From positions 13,177 through 77,176 of the forward strand of contig JBGTHM010000030.1 of the NCBI GenBank assembly GCA_041746255.1: DNA of 64,000 nucleotides. The letters are read 5' to 3'. The translations under genes were made by a program, and so were the position numbers. Below, one piece after another: positions 38,836 through 47,282 of the stretch. The notes beneath the pieces were generated by a model. That model worked only from the letters and a program-made list of their open reading frames with translations, ran no database searches and was not told the DNA's origin. How positions within the stretch are numbered: the first letter of the stretch is position 1; every line of letters begins with the position of its first letter. Origin of the DNA: Fibrobacteria bacterium (GTDB lineage: Bacteria > Fibrobacterota > Fibrobacteria > UBA11236).

Positions 38836-39261
38836 GAATCGAGACCACCTTTTCCAGAAAAACTCCCAGCAGGAATGGGAGGGTCGCGGTATATTCTGGT
38901 TTATGTTCAATAAAAACGGCATGGCCTCGACCCGACGACCTCAGGAAAAAACTCCCCTCAAAGCCGAATGCCGCTGCGAGGCCGATAGTGAGCCTCGATA
39001 TACGCTTAGATGGACCGGAAATGACCTTTCAGACCGTCTGGAGCCGGTGGTTGCACATGATTCGCCCATGCGGTTTTGCAACTTGGATCTTCAAGGGTCA
39101 ATTTCCTCCCGGACCTTGCCTGTTTCCGGATATTTAAGTTTTTGATAATCGCTTCTTGCCATCCTCTCCCAATATCAACGCTTTAATTCGATTTCTAAAC
39201 CGCTAGGATCCGGCATTCTATAGCGTCGGGTCCGCTAAATACTTACTTTTCCCATACTTTC

Positions 39262-39792
39262 GTGGCTCATACGGTGAGTTTTAAAGCCAAAGACGGGGCT
39301 ATGATGCAAAAAAATCCCGAATTGCAAAAAATTTTTGATAAACTGTGCGCTCCTGACGGCGAGCCCCGGGAAAGGCATCAAGCGCTCAGCAGCCTTAAGG
39401 ATTTTTTGCGCGTCAATCCTAAGGACGATGTGGGAATGCGATATCTGCTGACGCAATGCCTACTCGAAACCGGGTTTGAAGAGGAGTTGGGCGAAATTCT
39501 GCAGCTCTATCCCGAAGACCAGGCTCCCGAAATCCGCTATACGCAAGCCCTTTGGACATTCCGCCGGGAAGGCCCGAGTCTTCAGGCCAATTTCGATTTA
39601 GCCGAGGCACTTACCGGTAACCCCTATGTTCCCGATTACCTGCTGCGGCGGAAAGCCCTACCGAAGTCACCTCCTCCCTTGGTTCAGCCTGGAGCGGAAG
39701 ATGAAGCCATCACCTATGTCCTGAATTCACGGGAAAGCTGGCAAAAGACGCTGGGAGCCATTGAATGGCTGGCGATGAATACTTCTATTTAG
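39262..39792 (+). CDS. TPR/ST7-like helical hypothetical protein
   Basis: NPKDDVGMRYLL...NPYVPDYLL...EDEAITY...W...GAIEWL pattern. Start may be 39301. Confidence 0.65.
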   Translation: MAHTVSFKAKDGAMMQKNPELQKIFDKLCAPDGEPRERHQALSSLKDFLRVNPKDDVGMRYLLTQCLLETGFEEELGEILQLYPEDQAPEIRYTQALWTFRREGPSLQANFDLAEALTGNPYVPDYLLRRKALPKSPPPLVQPGAEDEAITYVLNSRESWQKTLGAIEWLAMNTSI

Positions 39793-39829
39793 GCCGCCGG
39801 AATCACGAACCCCGGTTTGAGGAGGATTA

Positions 39830-40219
39830 ATGCTCTGTGCCAAGTGCCACTCACCCATGGAAAAGGTTAAATACCGCGAGGTAGAAGTCGATCGTTGCGT
39901 CAATTGCCAGGGCATTTGGTTCGATGGCCTGGAACACCGCCAACTGAAAGCCATGCCGGGCGCCGAAGCCGTGGATACCGGATCGGCCGAAGTCGGGAAG
40001 GTTTTCGACACCATGGAATCCGTCAAATGCCCGATTTGTGGAACGGTGATGGATACGGTGGAGGACACATGGCAGCGGCATATCCACTATGAAGTCTGTT
40101 CCCGGGGGCATGGAGCTTTTTTCGATGCCGGTGAGTTTCGCGATTTCAAAACCGAAACCTTGGCCGACTTCTTCCGCAATCTTTCGTTACGCCGCGGCCG
40201 CCGCGATACCCCCTCCTAA
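39830..40219 (+). CDS. Double zinc-ribbon (zf-TFIIB-like) protein
   Basis: CAKC...CVNCQGIWFD and CPIC...CSRGHGAFFDAGE; GGAGG SD. Confidence 0.85.
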   Translation: MLCAKCHSPMEKVKYREVEVDRCVNCQGIWFDGLEHRQLKAMPGAEAVDTGSAEVGKVFDTMESVKCPICGTVMDTVEDTWQRHIHYEVCSRGHGAFFDAGEFRDFKTETLADFFRNLSLRRGRRDTPS

Positions 40220-40225
40220 CCGCTT

Positions 40226-41635
40226 TCAGGTTACCGAACGCAAATAGTTTTCCACCTCCGTCTGGATTTCGCGCCGCACCCCGGCGCGGTTCCGGCTCAG
40301 GTTTTTAAGGTCAAGCCGTCCGATATACTTGGTACTGATGAGCGGGCGTAATACCGACATGGGAATATTGCAGGGATTATTCAGCAAGGCCAAGGGCACA
40401 TCTCGGTTTGCGAAACCGGAATAAAGGTGTTTCGACTTGGCGATGGTGGTAAGCACCGGAACGGAGCGGCACACGGCCACCACATGCGCCACTATGCCTG
40501 GAGCCTGGTTCACCTTGGGGTTGTTCAGCAATCCTTCCAGCACCGAGTCGCGGGAGATATTCTGGTTGATGAGGGTGCGCATGTCCACGGAAATCTCGTC
40601 CCCCTTCAAGTAGGGAATGGACAGCATGTCCTTGCCAATCCACTGCGCATAGGCGCGGTGTCGCAAATCCACTTCGATATGGTCGCGAAAAATCTTCGCG
40701 CCGCTGCCCGTCAGCCTACCCATCAACACCTTGGCTCCCACCTCACCCTGAAGGGTGAAAAGCCCCTCGTCATAACCCTTAAGAGCGGTTTCCAGGCAAT
40801 CCAGCGGCGTAGGAGTTTCTTCCATCGCTTCGGCTGCCCAGCGGCACAACGTGCTCAGGGCGATCAAATCGGCGGAAGCAATTTTCTTCTCCAATTGTAA
40901 GGAGAGGATGCGGGTTAATTGAGCCAGTTCCGCGCGCTTTTGCACCTTTCCCCACCATTTCTCGAATGCGGCCGGTTTCATGCGGTCGGCCAATGTGAGC
41001 GTGGGTTGGCCTACGGGCTCGCGGTACTTGAGACGCTTAGCGAGTTCGAGTCCGCCCTGCACCAACTCGTCATAGATGCGCAGTCGCGGGAGTACCCGCG
41101 CCATTACCTTCATGTCATAGGGGTCTACGTTTTCGGATAGCCAATCAACCCGCTCCCTTAATGCCAGCGCTTCGCATTCGATGAGGAGAATTATCGCATC
41201 TACTTCCGGTTCCGCTATGGGCTGCCCCGCCAGCAGCCCTTCAAACTCCTTTCGCGCGCGCTTTACCGCCTCCTTGAAATCGGAAAGGCTCCAAAGCGCC
41301 AATCCATCGCGGAGGGTTTTCGCCAATTGCAACTCATGCGGAGAATGGGCGCAATTGGATTCGATGCGCATGAGGATTCGTTGCAGGCGTTGGACACGGA
41401 GGGCGCGCCTGCCGATATGGGCGTGGGCCGGTTCGATATGGAGAAGGCTGAGACAGAGGCGCTCCAGCCAATTGCGGGAAGGTTCCGTTTCACCCAATAG
41501 CGCCAATAAATCATCTGCGGGTAAGCGCTCTTCGGTGCCGACGAAGAATTGGGCCAGCTTTTCCGCGCCCATAGCATAATCCTGAAGCTTTTCCAACTCG
41601 TTTTCAATGAGATTCCAGGGGGATGGGAGCTTCAC
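40226..41635 (-). CDS. Hypothetical helical protein with an LRV/HEAT-like C-terminal region
   Basis: 469-aa ORF filling the gap; repeated LLNNP motifs in the C-terminal part. Confidence 0.7.
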   Translation of the reverse strand: MKLPSPWNLIENELEKLQDYAMGAEKLAQFFVGTEERLPADDLLALLGETEPSRNWLERLCLSLLHIEPAHAHIGRRALRVQRLQRILMRIESNCAHSPHELQLAKTLRDGLALWSLSDFKEAVKRARKEFEGLLAGQPIAEPEVDAIILLIECEALALRERVDWLSENVDPYDMKVMARVLPRLRIYDELVQGGLELAKRLKYREPVGQPTLTLADRMKPAAFEKWWGKVQKRAELAQLTRILSLQLEKKIASADLIALSTLCRWAAEAMEETPTPLDCLETALKGYDEGLFTLQGEVGAKVLMGRLTGSGAKIFRDHIEVDLRHRAYAQWIGKDMLSIPYLKGDEISVDMRTLINQNISRDSVLEGLLNNPKVNQAPGIVAHVVAVCRSVPVLTTIAKSKHLYSGFANRDVPLALLNNPCNIPMSVLRPLISTKYIGRLDLKNLSRNRAGVRREIQTEVENYLRSVT

Positions 41636-41810
41636 GATAACCTAGCAAGTACGATGAATCGGGCGTGGCAGTGTTAACTTGTCCCTACAATTATACCATG
41701 GTTGCGGGAGGTATCCCACGCTTCACCGGGAGGGGTCCAATTTTATACCTTAGATTCCCTACCGAAGGAAAAAACGCAACCGGCCGCAATCGCAGTCGAA
41801 GCAGGGGAAG

Positions 41811-42902
41811 ATGGGCGGAATAAACCGGAAGCGGATTGTGCTTACAGGCGGTGGAACCGCCGGCCATGTTTCGCCCAATTTGGCTTTGGTTCCCGCGCTT
41901 AAGGCTGACGGGTGGGAAATCGAATACATCGGCTCCCACAAGGGAATCGAGAAATCGCTGGTGGAAGCCCAATCCATTTCCTACCATGCCATCTCCTCAG
42001 GAAAATTGAGACGGTACTTCGATTGGCGTAATTTTACCGATCCCTTCAGCATTCTGCTGGGGGTTTTTCAGGCATTTTACCTCCTGTTCACTCGGCGCCC
42101 CCAGGTGGTTTTTTCCAAGGGCGGCTTCGTCACGGTTCCCGTGGTTTTCGCGGCTTGGTTGTTGCGAATTCCCGCGCTTATTCACGAATCCGACTTGAGC
42201 CCAGGTCTAGCCAATCGACTCTGCATACCCTTCGCGGCCCGCATTTGCTATAGCTTTCCCGAAACCATCCGGCAGCTTCCCATGAATAAGTCGGTCCATA
42301 CGGGCACTCCGATTCGCGCCGAACTTCTTCAAGGCGAGGCTTCCCGGGGTTTGGCGGCGGTGGGATTCGAGGCTGGCGGAGAAGCCAAGCCCGTACTTTT
42401 GGTGATGGGTGGCAGCCTCGGATCACGCGCGTTGAATCACGCCGTGCGCGCCATTATGCCCGCGCTTACGGCACGGTTTCGGGTGATTCACCTATGCGGC
42501 AAAGGGGGCCGCGATCCCGCTCTGGAGGCAATAGCCGGGTATCGCCAATTTGAATTTTTAGGTAAGGAACTTCCCGATGTTTTCGCCGCCTCCGACCTGG
42601 TGCTTTCCCGGGCAGGCGCCAATGCCTTGTTCGAATTGCTTGCATTGCGCAAGCCTCATTTGCTGGTGCCTTTGTCGCGCGCCGCTTCGCGCGGCGATCA
42701 AATCCTCAATGCCGCGGCATTCGAAAGACTGGGTTACAGCCGGGTAGTCCAGGAGGAGGAATTGAAAGGACCCGACAGGCTTTTGCTTGAATTGGAGATG
42801 CTCTGGTCCGAAAGAGAAGAGCGCTTCACCCGCATGGGAGAAAGCCCCATCGGCGATGCGGCGGAAATCATCCTTGCGCAAATCCGAAACCTGGCCGGAT
42901 AA
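41811..42902 (+). CDS. murG: Undecaprenyl-PP-MurNAc-pentapeptide GlcNAc transferase
   Basis: TGGGTAGHV, GKLRRYF, SKGGFV, HESD, GGSLGS, SRAGA and DQILNA motifs. Confidence 0.95.
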   Translation: MGGINRKRIVLTGGGTAGHVSPNLALVPALKADGWEIEYIGSHKGIEKSLVEAQSISYHAISSGKLRRYFDWRNFTDPFSILLGVFQAFYLLFTRRPQVVFSKGGFVTVPVVFAAWLLRIPALIHESDLSPGLANRLCIPFAARICYSFPETIRQLPMNKSVHTGTPIRAELLQGEASRGLAAVGFEAGGEAKPVLLVMGGSLGSRALNHAVRAIMPALTARFRVIHLCGKGGRDPALEAIAGYRQFEFLGKELPDVFAASDLVLSRAGANALFELLALRKPHLLVPLSRAASRGDQILNAAAFERLGYSRVVQEEELKGPDRLLLELEMLWSEREERFTRMGESPIGDAAEIILAQIRNLAG

Positions 42903-42944
42903 ACCTGGTCCTCGCGCCTCGCTAAAATTAAAATTAGGGTACTT

Positions 42945-43601
42945 ATGGAAATCATCAAAGAATTTATAGACCTATTTCTCAACCTCGACGTCCATTTAGC
43001 GGGAATTATCACGGATTACGGTACCTGGACCTATGCCATTTTGTTTCTCATTATTTTCTGTGAAACCGGTCTGGTGGTGACGCCAATACTACCCGGAGAC
43101 TCGCTGCTATTCGCTGCCGGCTCGCTGGCCGCCATTACCATACTGGACCCGCATGTAATTGTGGTCTTGTTGATTGTTGCCGCCATACTGGGGGATATGG
43201 TCAATTATTGGGCGGGTAACTTTTTCGGATCCGCCATCTTCAAAGAAGATGCCCGTTTCCTGAAAAAAGCCTATCTCGATCGCACCTATGATTTCTACGA
43301 ACGATTCGGGGGCAAGACCATCGTTATCGCCCGTTTCGTGCCCATCGTTCGTACCTTCGCGCCCTTCGTGGCCGGTATGGGGCGTATGCGCTACCACCGC
43401 TTCTTCTTTTTCAACGTTTCCGGAGCGATTCTTTGGGTGGTCCTATTTGTCTACGGGGGCTATTGGTTCGGAAATATTCCCATTGTCCAGAAAAACTTCA
43501 CTCTAGTCATTCTAGCCATCATCGGACTCTCGGTTTTACCCATGATTATCGAATTCTTCCGGCATCGCAAGGCTGCGGTCGTTCCTCAGCGGATGGACTG
43601 A
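42945..43601 (+). CDS. dedA: DedA-family membrane protein
   Basis: ETGLVVTPILPGDSLLF and ARFVPIVRTFAPFVAG motifs. Confidence 0.95.
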   Translation: MEIIKEFIDLFLNLDVHLAGIITDYGTWTYAILFLIIFCETGLVVTPILPGDSLLFAAGSLAAITILDPHVIVVLLIVAAILGDMVNYWAGNFFGSAIFKEDARFLKKAYLDRTYDFYERFGGKTIVIARFVPIVRTFAPFVAGMGRMRYHRFFFFNVSGAILWVVLFVYGGYWFGNIPIVQKNFTLVILAIIGLSVLPMIIEFFRHRKAAVVPQRMD

Positions 43602-43635
43602 ATCCCCACAGGGGATTGTTACCTTTCCAAACATT

Positions 43636-44808
43636 ATGCGTTATGAAGACCGCGGAGCCTCCGCCGATAAACACGAAGTTCATGCCGCCTTGAAAGGGCG
43701 CGACGGAGGGCTCTTTCCGGGCGCCTTTTGTAAAATCCTGCCCGATACCCTGACGGGAAGCCCCGACCATTGCCTAATCATCCATGCCGACGGAGCGGGC
43801 ACCAAATCCATTCTCGCCTATTTGCATTGGCGCGAAACCGGAGATGCTACCGTCTTTAAGGGAATCGCGCAGGATTCCCTGGTGATGAATCTCGATGACC
43901 TGTTCTGCGTAGGAGCCACGGGCCCCTTTCTACTTTCCAATACCATCGGTCGTAACGCAAAGTTGATTTCTGGAGAAGTTATCGCGGCGCTGGTGGATGG
44001 CTATCGCGATTTATGCGGGACTTTTGCGGGATTAGGCATTGAAATCCACTCGGGCGGCGGTGAAACCGCGGACATGGGTGATAGTATTCGGACGCTGGTC
44101 GTGGATTCCACCCTGGTCACCCGCTGTAAACGCTCCGAGATTATCACCGGAGAGAAAATCCGTCCCGGTCTGGTGATAGTAGGGTTGGCTTCGGGTGGGC
44201 GTGCCCAATACGAAACCCGGGAGAATTCCGGATTGGGCAGTAATGGATTCACTTCCATTCGTCACGAAATTCTTTCCCCGTATTACAAAGAAAAATACCC
44301 TGAAATATATGCACCCGAAATTGAGCCCTTGGCCTATATGGGTAAGTACCGTCTGGAAGACGTATTGTCCGGTAGCGAGCTGACCATTGGAGAGGCTTTA
44401 CGTTCACCCACCCGGACCTATGCTCCGGTTTTACGGCAAGTCTTGGCAAAGCACCGCGACTCCGTGGCTGCCATCTTTCATAATACCGGCGGGGGACAAA
44501 CCAAATGCCTGCGTTTCGGCCAGGGAATTCTTTATATCAAGGATAACCTCTTCGAACCGCCCCCCCTATTCCGCTTATTGGAGCAGGAGTCGGCCTTGGG
44601 CGAAAAGGAGCTTTACCGTTCCTTGAACATGGGCCACCGTATGGAGATTCTATGTGAGCCGACAGCTGCAAATGCCATCGTGACTATTGCCGCCGGATTC
44701 GGAATCGCCGCCCAAATCGTGGGTCGCACCGAACCAGGGCCTGCGGGAAACCGGCTGGTTATCCGGCGAGGCGGCCAAGAGTTCGAATTCGAATTGGGTT
44801 CCCACTAA
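43636..44808 (+). CDS. purM: Phosphoribosylformylglycinamidine cyclo-ligase (AIR synthase, Bacteroidota-type)
   Basis: HADGAGTKS, MNLDD, GGETAD, SNG, SPTRTY and NMGHRMEI motifs. Confidence 0.9.
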   Translation: MRYEDRGASADKHEVHAALKGRDGGLFPGAFCKILPDTLTGSPDHCLIIHADGAGTKSILAYLHWRETGDATVFKGIAQDSLVMNLDDLFCVGATGPFLLSNTIGRNAKLISGEVIAALVDGYRDLCGTFAGLGIEIHSGGGETADMGDSIRTLVVDSTLVTRCKRSEIITGEKIRPGLVIVGLASGGRAQYETRENSGLGSNGFTSIRHEILSPYYKEKYPEIYAPEIEPLAYMGKYRLEDVLSGSELTIGEALRSPTRTYAPVLRQVLAKHRDSVAAIFHNTGGGQTKCLRFGQGILYIKDNLFEPPPLFRLLEQESALGEKELYRSLNMGHRMEILCEPTAANAIVTIAAGFGIAAQIVGRTEPGPAGNRLVIRRGGQEFEFELGSH

Positions 44809-44859
44809 ACCAGCGGCTGTGGATTTCGGTATCGAGACGCTACCAGGCGGTTGTGGGCT

Positions 44860-46437
44860 CTAGTGGGCGCCAATACCGCGTATGCAGGAAAAAACCGTGC
44901 GTAGCAGAATGACCAGGTCCAGCAACAAACTTTGGTTGTTGATGTAGTAGATGTCGTAGTCCATGTTTTCATGGATGGCGTTTTTACGGTCGGCGCTGAT
45001 TTGCCACAGTCCGGTAATCCCCGGTTTCACGTTGAGGCGTTGGCGCTGGAGCTCGTTGTATTGCTGCACGATGAAAGGCATTTCCGGACGGGGCCCGACC
45101 AGACTCATGCTGCCGGTAAGCACATTCCAGAGCTGAGGCAGCTCGTCCAGAGAGCTGCGGCGCAGGAATCGACCGATGGGAGTGATTCGGGTATCGTGTC
45201 CGTCCTGAGGCGTGAATGCATATATCGGAGAGTCGACGTACATGGAACGGAATTTGTAAAAGCGGAATTTGCGTCCGTTCTTTCCCACTCGCTTTTGTAC
45301 GAAAAACACCGGCCCTTTGCTGGTCAATTTAACGATGAGAGCCAACCCGAGAAGCAGGGGGCTGAGCGCAATCAGCAAAATAGCGGAGGCCATGATGTCG
45401 AAAATACGCTTGATGAGCATGGTCTTGAAGGAGTAAGTGGGTTCACTCACGCCGATAAGCGGAATGCCTTCGACTTCGGTGACCTTTACACGCTGTATCA
45501 CGATATCGTAGAGGGAAGGAACGATTTGAAAATCGCACCCGGTTTTACGGCAAACGTTGAGGATGTCGATGACCACTTTCGAAGGCACTTGCGGCAGGGC
45601 GATGAACAAACGCTTGGCGCCCGTTTCACGAATCACATTGATAAGAGTGGAGAAATCGCCGAGAACCGGGAACTCCTGAACCTGGCCCCGATGCATCTGG
45701 GGGCTATCGTCGATGAAACCCGCCACATGGTAACCAAGCTTGGGAGATTGTTTGAATTTTTCCAGTAGCTTCCTGCCGACTACCCCTGCTCCATAAATCA
45801 GGACGGTGGTTTCGAAGAAACCCCTGCGGCGCAGGTAGTTGTTGAACTTGAAAAAGGCGTAACGTTGGAAAATCAGGAAGGTGAGCATGCAGCCCCAGGT
45901 GAGCACGAAAACGCCACGGCTGAAATACAGTTGGTGGGCCAGATACAGAATCCCAAGGGTAGCCAGACAAGCTTTAATCCAAGTCTTGAGAATGAGTTCG
46001 AATTCGCGCACGTTCATGAGGCTGCGTTGCGGTTTGTAAAGACCATGGATTTCGAGTCCCAGCAGCGTAGTGACCAGAGTTACGGCAAGCAAGCTCGTAT
46101 AGCGACTGAGCGATTCTTTTTCGTAGAGATCGATAGCGACATAGGGGCCCACCAAACTCCATAGCCAATAGCCCGCAAGGAAGCTGAGACAAATGGTGAC
46201 GGCGTCCGCAGCTACTTGAATGACAGTCAGTATTTGGCGGTAGTGAACCAGGTTTCGCAGAACACGGGTGGGTTGCGAAACCGGGCGATTTTGTGGCGGT
46301 ATACTCAGGACTGATGACTCATCCGTAACCTGCGGATTTTTAAATACCGGTTCAGGCTCGCCGAGGGCGGGAGGGGTTTTCGTCGCTTCCGACGAAACGT
46401 CCGCTTTGACCTTAAGGTTTAGGTCGGTTATTTGCAT
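44860..46437 (-). CDS. Undecaprenyl-phosphate sugar phosphotransferase (WcaJ/WbaP-like priming glycosyltransferase)
   Basis: Four N-terminal TMs, IYGAG, KRIFD, KFRSM, SLDELPQLWNV, SLVGPRP and KPGITGLWQ. Confidence 0.93.
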   Translation of the reverse strand: MQITDLNLKVKADVSSEATKTPPALGEPEPVFKNPQVTDESSVLSIPPQNRPVSQPTRVLRNLVHYRQILTVIQVAADAVTICLSFLAGYWLWSLVGPYVAIDLYEKESLSRYTSLLAVTLVTTLLGLEIHGLYKPQRSLMNVREFELILKTWIKACLATLGILYLAHQLYFSRGVFVLTWGCMLTFLIFQRYAFFKFNNYLRRRGFFETTVLIYGAGVVGRKLLEKFKQSPKLGYHVAGFIDDSPQMHRGQVQEFPVLGDFSTLINVIRETGAKRLFIALPQVPSKVVIDILNVCRKTGCDFQIVPSLYDIVIQRVKVTEVEGIPLIGVSEPTYSFKTMLIKRIFDIMASAILLIALSPLLLGLALIVKLTSKGPVFFVQKRVGKNGRKFRFYKFRSMYVDSPIYAFTPQDGHDTRITPIGRFLRRSSLDELPQLWNVLTGSMSLVGPRPEMPFIVQQYNELQRQRLNVKPGITGLWQISADRKNAIHENMDYDIYYINNQSLLLDLVILLRTVFSCIRGIGAH

Positions 46438-46788
46438 ACATTCTTAAGAAGTTTAAAAAAATAAACGCCGGTTACCATAGAAGCTAGATAAATTTCCCTA
46501 TTACCCAAAAGTATTAATTGAAAAAATCTTTTCGATTCTACCCTTAGTCCAAATAAAAAACAAGTAAGGGTGATTAATTATTTTGCGAATTTTGGGTTTT
46601 GTGGTGGTAAGGTCCAGGCTGAAGCGTTTTCTCCCAGCCGACCGCGTAAGTAAGTATTATAATCTAATTCCAGCTCACCGGATAAGGGATTCGGGCCGTT
46701 GATAAATGAGCTGATGGGAAATATCGGTTACTGGGTGGAACATGGCCCATTTTTTTCTCTATAGGGGGATTTACCCCGGGGTTAACCC

Positions 46789-47280
46789 ATGAAACTTACC
46801 ATGCACTGGGGATGCTTCCTACTTGCCTATGCGACCGTTTTTGGCGGGAAGCAGAAGGTGGTGGTGATACTTAAGGAACCGTTACGCGCGGAAAATGTGG
46901 AAATCCGCCTCCCCGAATTAACCTCCGCGCGTGGAGAAGTCCGTGATCTGGAAAAAACCTTATGGTTGGGCGAACCCCTCCGTGAGGATCGGGCCGTCGA
47001 AGCGGTAGCCAAAAAGTCTCTGGATTTGAAAATCCAAGCGACGGGTAGGCAAGGAGCCCAAATCACCCTGGTTCTACCGGATGCGGGCTATGTCGAGCTG
47101 ACTCTGCGTGATTTTTATGGGAAAAATCTGCAATCTATCGCCGAGGGTCAATTTCAAGCGGGCACTTTTTCCTATCAAATGCGTTCCTCCACCGAGGAGG
47201 AAAAGCAGGGAATTCGTTTCTTAACCCTTAAGGTAGACGGGCGGGTCGTTCTCAAAAAGGTGCTCACCCGGGTTCAATAG
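46789..47280 (+). CDS. Secreted hypothetical protein with a T9SS/FlgD-like C-terminal domain
   Basis: Signal-like N-terminus; VELTLRDFYGK...GQFQAG...GIRFLTLKVDG...KKVL. Confidence 0.65.
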   Translation: MKLTMHWGCFLLAYATVFGGKQKVVVILKEPLRAENVEIRLPELTSARGEVRDLEKTLWLGEPLREDRAVEAVAKKSLDLKIQATGRQGAQITLVLPDAGYVELTLRDFYGKNLQSIAEGQFQAGTFSYQMRSSTEEEKQGIRFLTLKVDGRVVLKKVLTRVQ

Positions 47281-47282
47281 CG

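Noticed and set aside
38832..39145. ORFs of 101 and 80 aa in the gap after the EEP fusion
   Set aside because: No recognisable motif or convincing SD; I cannot support them as genes, though a small gene is not excluded.
46236..46246. ops/JUMPStart-like GGCGGTAG near polysaccharide genes
   Set aside because: It lies inside the sugar transferase CDS on the opposite strand, not in a leader.
46671..46730. Fluoride or purine riboswitch
   Set aside because: Only GCTGATG matches; the 5' GGNGATG/TCNCC and other consensus elements are absent.
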